DNA from: Candidatus Hydrogenedentota bacterium
GTDB lineage: Bacteria > Hydrogenedentota > Hydrogenedentia > Hydrogenedentales > SLHB01
Assembly: GCA_029974275.1 (NCBI GenBank)
Contig: JARKSN010000065.1
Span: 1-50,758 of the forward strand
DNA: 50,758 nt
Reading direction: 5' to 3'
The notes under the pieces: model-generated
What the model was told of the DNA's origin: nothing
Databases searched by the model: none
The model's input: only the letters and a program-made list of their open reading frames with translations
Translations under genes and position numbers: made by a program
In this document: one piece after another, positions 44,570 through 50,758 of the stretch
Numbering within the stretch: position 1 is the first letter of the stretch
Layout of the letters: the number at the start of each line of letters is the position of its first letter

Positions 44570-45994
44570 TTAAATGTCGTAGTACAGGAAAAATTCGTAG
44601 GGATGCGGCCGGAGCGTGGTGGGCATCACCTCGTTGTCCCATTTGTACTTAATCCAGGTCTCGATGACATCGGACGTGAACACGTCGCCCTTCATCAAGA
44701 ACTCGTGATCGTTTTCGAGATTCTTGAGGGATTCTGTCAGGCTGCCCGGAGCCTGCGGCACCTTGGCCTTTTCTTCGGCGGGCAGATCGTACAGGTCCTT
44801 GTCCAACGGCGCGCCGGGGTCGATCTTGTTCTGGATGCCGTCGAGACCGGCCATCAGCATTGCCGCGAAGGCCAGGTACGGGTTGCAGCTGGGGTCTGGC
44901 ACGCGGTATTCGACGCGCTTGGCCTTTGGGCTGTGCGAGTACATCGGGATGCGGCAACAGGCGCTGCGGTTGCGGCTCGAGTAGGCCAGGTTGACCGGCG
45001 CTTCGTATCCCGGGACCAGACGCTTGTAGGAGTTGGTGGTCGGGTTGGTCAGGGCGCACAGGGCCGGGGCGTGCTTGAGCAGACCGCCGATGTACCAGAT
45101 GGCTTCCTGGCTGAGGCCGGCGTACTTGTCGCCCGCGAACATGGGCTTGCCGCCCTTCCACAGGGACTGGTGGCAGTGCATGCCGGAACCGTTGTCGCCG
45201 AACAGGGGCTTGGGCATGAACGTAACGGTCTTGCCGGCCATCTTGGCGGTGTTCTTGATGGCATACTTGAAGAGGGTCAGATCGTCGGCCATTTGGGTCA
45301 TCGGGGCGAAGCGCAGGTCGATCTCGGCCTGGCCGGCGGTGGCCACTTCGTGGTGGTGGCATTCGACTTCGAGGCCCATTTTCAGCATGTTCTCGACCAT
45401 GCGGCTGCGCAGGTCTTGCTGGGAATCCGCAGGCGGAACGGGGAAGTAGCCTTCCTTATGGCGCAGCTTGTACCCGAGGTTCGGATACTCTTCGCGCCCC
45501 GAGTTCCAGATGCCTTCGACGCTGTCGATGAAATAGTAGCCGCAGTTCGATGCGCTGTCGAAGCGAATGTCGTCGAAAATGAAGAATTCGGCCTCTGGCC
45601 CGAAGAAAACGGTGTCGGCGATGCCGGTCGACACGAGGTAGTTCTCGGCCTTTTGGGAGATGTTGCGCGGGCAGCGCGAATAACGCTCCTTCGTGATCGG
45701 GTCGAGAATGTTGCAATATAGGATGACCGTTTTGAATTCCGCGAAGGGGTCGATGACCGCCGTCGAGGGGTCCGGCAGGACAAGCATGTCGGACTCGTTG
45801 ATCGCCTGCCAGCCGCGAATGCTCGAACCGTCGAAGCCCAGGCCTTCTTCGAACGCGTCTTCCGAAAACTCGCGGACGGGGTAGGTGAAGTGCTGCATGA
45901 GGCCGGGAAAATCCATGAAGCGGAAATCCACGAATTTCACGTCCTCTTCTTTGATTAGCTTCATTACGTCCTTGGGACTCAACTCTTTCTTCAT
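44570..45994 (-). CDS. glnA: glutamine synthetase type I
   Basis: [39 protein letters not shown] adenylylation motif; RBS GGAGG. Confidence 0.98.
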   Translation of the reverse strand: MKKELSPKDVMKLIKEEDVKFVDFRFMDFPGLMQHFTYPVREFSEDAFEEGLGFDGSSIRGWQAINESDMLVLPDPSTAVIDPFAEFKTVILYCNILDPITKERYSRCPRNISQKAENYLVSTGIADTVFFGPEAEFFIFDDIRFDSASNCGYYFIDSVEGIWNSGREEYPNLGYKLRHKEGYFPVPPADSQQDLRSRMVENMLKMGLEVECHHHEVATAGQAEIDLRFAPMTQMADDLTLFKYAIKNTAKMAGKTVTFMPKPLFGDNGSGMHCHQSLWKGGKPMFAGDKYAGLSQEAIWYIGGLLKHAPALCALTNPTTNSYKRLVPGYEAPVNLAYSSRNRSACCRIPMYSHSPKAKRVEYRVPDPSCNPYLAFAAMLMAGLDGIQNKIDPGAPLDKDLYDLPAEEKAKVPQAPGSLTESLKNLENDHEFLMKGDVFTSDVIETWIKYKWDNEVMPTTLRPHPYEFFLYYDI

Positions 45995-46109
45995 GGCTGC
46001 CTCCATCCAGTTTACGACCGAACCATCTATTGTGACGCGTCCCGACGCGTCGCCGTATTGCCGATATCGCGGTGCTCGTCTTGTAGCGCGCGACGCGTCC
46101 GGATAGCCC

Positions 46110-46709
<600 letters not shown>

Positions 46710-46968
46710 TCAGGAGGGCGGGCTCGAAGGCGCAGCAAGCGTTTCCGCGATATCCAGCGCTTGGGGAACATCTCCGCCAGTGCGGGGCGAGGGGGAGGCG
46801 CGCCATGACGGTCTCTTCGGCCATTGCCCAGAGACTAGCGTGAATGGGCGCGCTGCTAGGCTTCAAAACCTACTTACGGGTTTGTTTCAGGTGGAGAATC
46901 CTACATTTCCGTATGGGTAAGGTTCTTTCCGGGACGCCGCCACCGACGGTCTTGTGCGTTGCCGCTGT

Positions 46969-47649
46969 TCAGGATGGCGCCTTGCCTTTTGCGGCGACGG
47001 GCGCGCCCGATCGGAGCAGTTTGCGCAGGGGGCAAGCATCGCAGCGAGGCTGGGAGCGGCAGAAATCCTTGCCTGTATAGACAATCAGTCCGTGATATTC
47101 CCGGAACATCGCCACGTCCGCGTTCAAGCGGGATTCGAATAAAGCGCGCAGGCTCTCGTAGTCGATATTCGGCGAGCACAGTCCGTGCCGGCTGAGGAGG
47201 CGCCGCGTATACGCGTCGACCACGAAAACGGGTTTATCGCAGGCGTATAACAATATGTCGTCGGCTGTTTCCGGACCGATGCCCGCGATGCCGAGCAACT
47301 CGGGCCGGAGTTCGGCGAGAGGCCGCCGCGTCATGCGCGCCATGTCGCCGTCGTAGCGATCGCACAGATGCCGGCAGAAACTGCGAAGGCGTTTCGTTTT
47401 GACCCGAAAGTATCCGCTGGGACGCAACGCGCGGTGCAATGTCTCGTCTTCGCAGGCGAGGATGGCGTGCGGGTCGAGCAAGCCGGCGTCCTTCAGATTC
47501 GCGATGGCGCGCTCCACGCTGGTCCACGCCGTGTTTTGCGTCAGGATTGCCCCTGTGGCGATCTCGAACGGCGTGTCTCCCGGCCACCAATGCGTTGGGC
47601 CGAAATGGGACTCGAGTAAACGGTATATGGAAAGCAGCGTGCGCCGCAT
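46969..47649 (-). CDS. endonuclease III-related HhH-GPD DNA glycosylase
   Basis: WWP...AILTQNT, HhH GIGPETADDILLYA, VVDAY, C-terminal Cys cluster. Start may be 47676. Confidence 0.9.
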   Translation of the reverse strand: MRRTLLSIYRLLESHFGPTHWWPGDTPFEIATGAILTQNTAWTSVERAIANLKDAGLLDPHAILACEDETLHRALRPSGYFRVKTKRLRSFCRHLCDRYDGDMARMTRRPLAELRPELLGIAGIGPETADDILLYACDKPVFVVDAYTRRLLSRHGLCSPNIDYESLRALFESRLNADVAMFREYHGLIVYTGKDFCRSQPRCDACPLRKLLRSGAPVAAKGKAPS

Positions 47650-47650
47650 G

Positions 47651-48100
47651 TCACGAATCACATACGGGGTTGGCATCGTTTGGACGGAGCGCGCGGACCA
47701 GTTCTTCCGGCAATGGAACGGCTTTGCGCGTAGCCAAGCTGACGGAGGCGTGCGTTGTGCGGACGCGGCTGGCCAGCGCGCCTTCGGAGTTCGACAGCGA
47801 GAATTCCAGCGTGAACGAACGCGTGCGCACCTCGGCCACGCGCATCTCGATGACTACGCCGTCGCCGCAATGCAACGGGGCGCGGTAGTCCGCTTCGACA
47901 TGCACGATTGGCAGCGCGTAGCGGCTTTCCGCGATGATTTTGCCTGGATTCATGCCGTTGCGCGTCAAGAAGATTTCGTACGCGTCATGCGCCAGTGCCT
48001 GATGCCGCGCGAAAAACAGCACTCCTGCCGCGTCCGCGTCGCGCAACGATACGAACGTCTCGTGCCGGAACAGCGGCGGCCCTTCGAGCCAAGCCTTCAC
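47651..48100 (-). CDS. hotdog-fold acyl-CoA thioesterase (4HBT/YbgC family)
   Basis: DADAAGVLFF, PIVHVEADYRAPL, PLPEE motifs. Confidence 0.88.
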   Translation of the reverse strand: MKAWLEGPPLFRHETFVSLRDADAAGVLFFARHQALAHDAYEIFLTRNGMNPGKIIAESRYALPIVHVEADYRAPLHCGDGVVIEMRVAEVRTRSFTLEFSLSNSEGALASRVRTTHASVSLATRKAVPLPEELVRALRPNDANPVCDS

Positions 48101-48343
48101 CCGTCACCTCCCCTTCGCGCGTCTGTACGCAACGATCGGTTGTACCACGCGGGCGCCCGCAGGCACAACTTGGACGGGGATCGGCGCAACCATCGCGTTC
48201 TTGGCAGCTTGGCGCGCTTGTGGTACATTCAGCGCATCGTGCTCGCCTTGCGAGGGAAGCATCCGAACGCCGGCAATGTTTCTTGGCACAGGCGAGCATG
48301 CAGGAAAGCGGATCTGTCCGCCAACGCGCACCGAGGGAGTGGT

Positions 48344-50758
48344 TTGGATATTTCACTGATCGAATTCCTGGAAAACAACGTCCTGGTGTTGGACGGGGCG
48401 ATGGGGACGCAGATTCAGTCGTCAGGGTTCCGCGACGAGGATTTTGGCGGGTCCGAGTTTCGCATGTTGTCGGACCTGCTGTGTTTCTCGCGGCCCGAGG
48501 AGATCGAGCGCATCCACTTGGCCTATTACCGCGCGGGCGCGCATGCCGTCGAAACCAACACCTTTGGCGCGTCGCCGTTCCGCTTGCTCGAATACAATTT
48601 TGGCGGGCTCAATACCGAGGGTTTTGCGCCCAACCCGCACAACGTCGATCCGCGTCTGCTCGGGTATGACCACTTTGCGTATTACCTCAGCCGGGTCGGC
48701 GCGGAGATTGCCTGTCGTGCGCGGGAGACGTATCAGGCCGACCCCGATTACGATGGACGCCCGCTGTTTGTGCTGGGCTCGATGGGGCCGTCGAACCGGG
48801 TCGTGTCGAGCACGCAGGCCGATTTGAAAACAGCCACCTTCGACGAGATCGCCGACAATTTTTACCATCAGGTCCTTGGCCTGCTGGATGGCGGCGTGGA
48901 CGCGTTGTTGTACGAGACGCAACAGGACGTTCTCGAACTCAAGGCGGCGGTTTTTGGCGGGAAGATGGCCATGGCGGAACGTGGACGCTATGTGCCCGTC
49001 ATCGCGCAGGTGACGGTCGACCAGCACGCGCGCATGCAGATATTCAACACCGACATTCACGCCGCGCTCGTCACCGTGCAAGGCATCGGCGTGGACGCGT
49101 TCGGCATCAATTGCAGCATCGGCCCGGACCTCATGCAGAAGGCCGTCGAGAAACTGTCGCGGCATTCGCCGTTGCCGATATCGATCATTCCGAACGCAGG
49201 TCTGCCGCGCTCCGAAAATGGCCGCACCGTGTTTCAGTTCCCGCCGGACGAGATGGCGAGACTGCTGTCGGGCTACGTGCGCGACTACGGCGTGAACATC
49301 GTCGGCGGGTGTTGCGGCACGACGCCCGCGCACATTGCGGCCATCGCGGATGCCGTGCGCGGGATCAAACCAAAATCGCGCAAACCCGTACCGGGCGTCT
49401 ACATCAGTGGACCGCAGGAAGCCGTGTTGCTCGACGGCAGCAAGACGTTGATCCTCATCGGCGAGCGCTTGAATGTGCGCGGGTCGCAGGCCGTGCGGCA
49501 GGCCGTCGAAGGCGGCGGTGAAATCGATCACCACGCGCTCGAAGAGGTGATTGTCGAACAAGTGCGCGATTTGGGCGTGCGCGTGATCGATGTCTGCATG
49601 GACAGCAACGTCGTCGACACGACCGACGTGCTCAAGGAGGTCGTGCATCGGCAGACCACGGATTTTTCGGGCGCGATGTCGCTGGATTCGTTTGCGATGG
49701 ACGCGTTGCTCGAGGCGATCAAGGTCTATCCGGGCAGGCCGATTATCAACAGCATCTCGATGGAAGAAGTCGCGCCGGGCGTCACAAAGGCCGATGCCGT
49801 CCTCGAAGCGACAAAGGGGCATTGGCCCGTCTACATTGGCCTCGCGACTGGCCCGAAAGGCCCCGGCAGCACGGCGCAGGAGAAGTTTGAACTCGCGCAG
49901 GCGATCGTATCGAGCGCCGCCCGGCATGGCGTCGCGCCGGAGCAACTCTTCATCGACATGAACGTGTTTCCGATCGGGTCGGAGTCGGTCGAAGGCATGA
50001 ACTTCGCCGTCGAGTCGCTCAACGCGATCCCGCTGATCAAATCGATCCATCCCGATCTGCACACCGTGTGCGGCGTCGGCAACCTCACCAACGGCCTCGC
50101 GAAGAAACCGTACATGCGCAAGGTCTTGACGTCGGTGTGGCTCGACGAAGCGCGCAAGCGCGGACTCGACGCGGCGATCATCAACCCGAACCATTATGTC
50201 TTCGTGAAGGATCTCGACCCGCGCGACTATGATCTCGGCCTGCGCGCCGTGCTCGAACGCGACATGGAGGCCTTCGCGCAGCTCGAAGTGATCGCGGAAG
50301 AGAAGAAGGGGCACGTCGTCGTGCGGCGCACCTCCTACGACGACCTCGATCCCGAGATCGCGATCTGCGAGAAGATCGTCGACGGGTTCAAGGAACGCGA
50401 GTCCGGCGCCTTCGAACTTGACGGGCATACCTATACGTATCAGGACAAAATCGTGTTGCAGGCCGTCGAGGCCATCCAGCGCCACGACCCGCTCGATTTC
50501 ATCAACCGTTTTCTCATGCGCGCGATGCAGGACCTTGGCGACGGTTTCGCGCGCGGCGAGGTTTCGCTGCCGCATTTGCTCAAGGCGGCGGACGTGATGA
50601 AGCAGGTGATGGGCTTTCTCGAAGAGCACATGCGCGTGCGCTCCGGCGTCGAGTTGCACGGCGAGATTCAGTACAAGGGCACGATCGTCATCGGCACGGT
50701 CTACCAGGACGTCCACTCGATCGGCAAGGACCTCGCCAAGACGCTCTTCGAGAACTAC
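48344..50758 (+). CDS. metH: cobalamin-dependent methionine synthase (runs off the window; absent from the ORF track)
   Basis: TTG start after GGGAG; VLDGAMGTQIQ, ETNTFG, GINC, PNAGLP, GGCCGTTP, pterin-domain IGERLN, B12 motif DVHSIGK; frame open to the window end. Confidence 0.93.
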   Translation, partial: MDISLIEFLENNVLVLDGAMGTQIQSSGFRDEDFGGSEFRMLSDLLCFSRPEEIERIHLAYYRAGAHAVETNTFGASPFRLLEYNFGGLNTEGFAPNPHNVDPRLLGYDHFAYYLSRVGAEIACRARETYQADPDYDGRPLFVLGSMGPSNRVVSSTQADLKTATFDEIADNFYHQVLGLLDGGVDALLYETQQDVLELKAAVFGGKMAMAERGRYVPVIAQVTVDQHARMQIFNTDIHAALVTVQGIGVDAFGINCSIGPDLMQKAVEKLSRHSPLPISIIPNAGLPRSENGRTVFQFPPDEMARLLSGYVRDYGVNIVGGCCGTTPAHIAAIADAVRGIKPKSRKPVPGVYISGPQEAVLLDGSKTLILIGERLNVRGSQAVRQAVEGGGEIDHHALEEVIVEQVRDLGVRVIDVCMDSNVVDTTDVLKEVVHRQTTDFSGAMSLDSFAMDALLEAIKVYPGRPIINSISMEEVAPGVTKADAVLEATKGHWPVYIGLATGPKGPGSTAQEKFELAQAIVSSAARHGVAPEQLFIDMNVFPIGSESVEGMNFAVESLNAIPLIKSIHPDLHTVCGVGNLTNGLAKKPYMRKVLTSVWLDEARKRGLDAAIINPNHYVFVKDLDPRDYDLGLRAVLERDMEAFAQLEVIAEEKKGHVVVRRTSYDDLDPEIAICEKIVDGFKERESGAFELDGHTYTYQDKIVLQAVEAIQRHDPLDFINRFLMRAMQDLGDGFARGEVSLPHLLKAADVMKQVMGFLEEHMRVRSGVELHGEIQYKGTIVIGTVYQDVHSIGKDLAKTLFENY

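Noticed and set aside
48101..48343. SAM or cobalamin riboswitch upstream of metH
   Set aside because: No S-box or B12-box core sequence recognisable by eye. An Rfam scan would settle it.
48422..50716. 764-aa minus-strand ORF
   Set aside because: Antisense shadow of metH, which the track missed because it has no stop inside the window.

Overview
GC-rich bacterial chromosomal window from a probable anaerobe. The mix of PEP-CTERM/IPTL-like sorting tails, a CehA/McbA-type PHP protein and CODH/ACS genes suggests Candidatus Hydrogenedentes or a similar lineage (inference only). Left to right: tRNA-Leu(TAA) and tRNA-Cys(GCA), a ManA-like isomerase, an ECF sigma/anti-sigma pair, an STAS-udk-glgP-like operon, a DegT-family aminotransferase, a stand-alone recombinase-domain gene, a YtrA-type GntR regulator, secreted/envelope proteins and a frameshifted PEP-CTERM gene. 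A GntR-LacI regulator is divergent from a ~13 kb CODH/ACS-corrinoid-methionine synthase operon (cooC, mesB-like, Hcy-methyltransferase, cooC, cooS, acsB-acsD fusion, acsC, RACo, two small Cys-rich paralogs). Then come a three-gene sugar operon, cfa, rpmE-prfA-prmC, glnB-glnA with a sigma54 promoter, an Nth-like glycosylase, a thioesterase and a 3'-truncated metH. No CRISPR array, rRNA or intact mobile element was seen. Top leads: (1) an unannotated ~165 nt intergenic unit with a near-consensus sigma28 promoter, CsrA-type ACGGA hairpins and a terminator (candidate CsrA-titrating sRNA); (2) an intact full-length glycogen phosphorylase homolog that has lost its PLP lysine and other catalytic residues; (3) an AcsB-AcsD fusion in an operon with no acsE but with a MesB-type methionine synthase. 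All family calls come from motif recognition by eye; no database searches were run.
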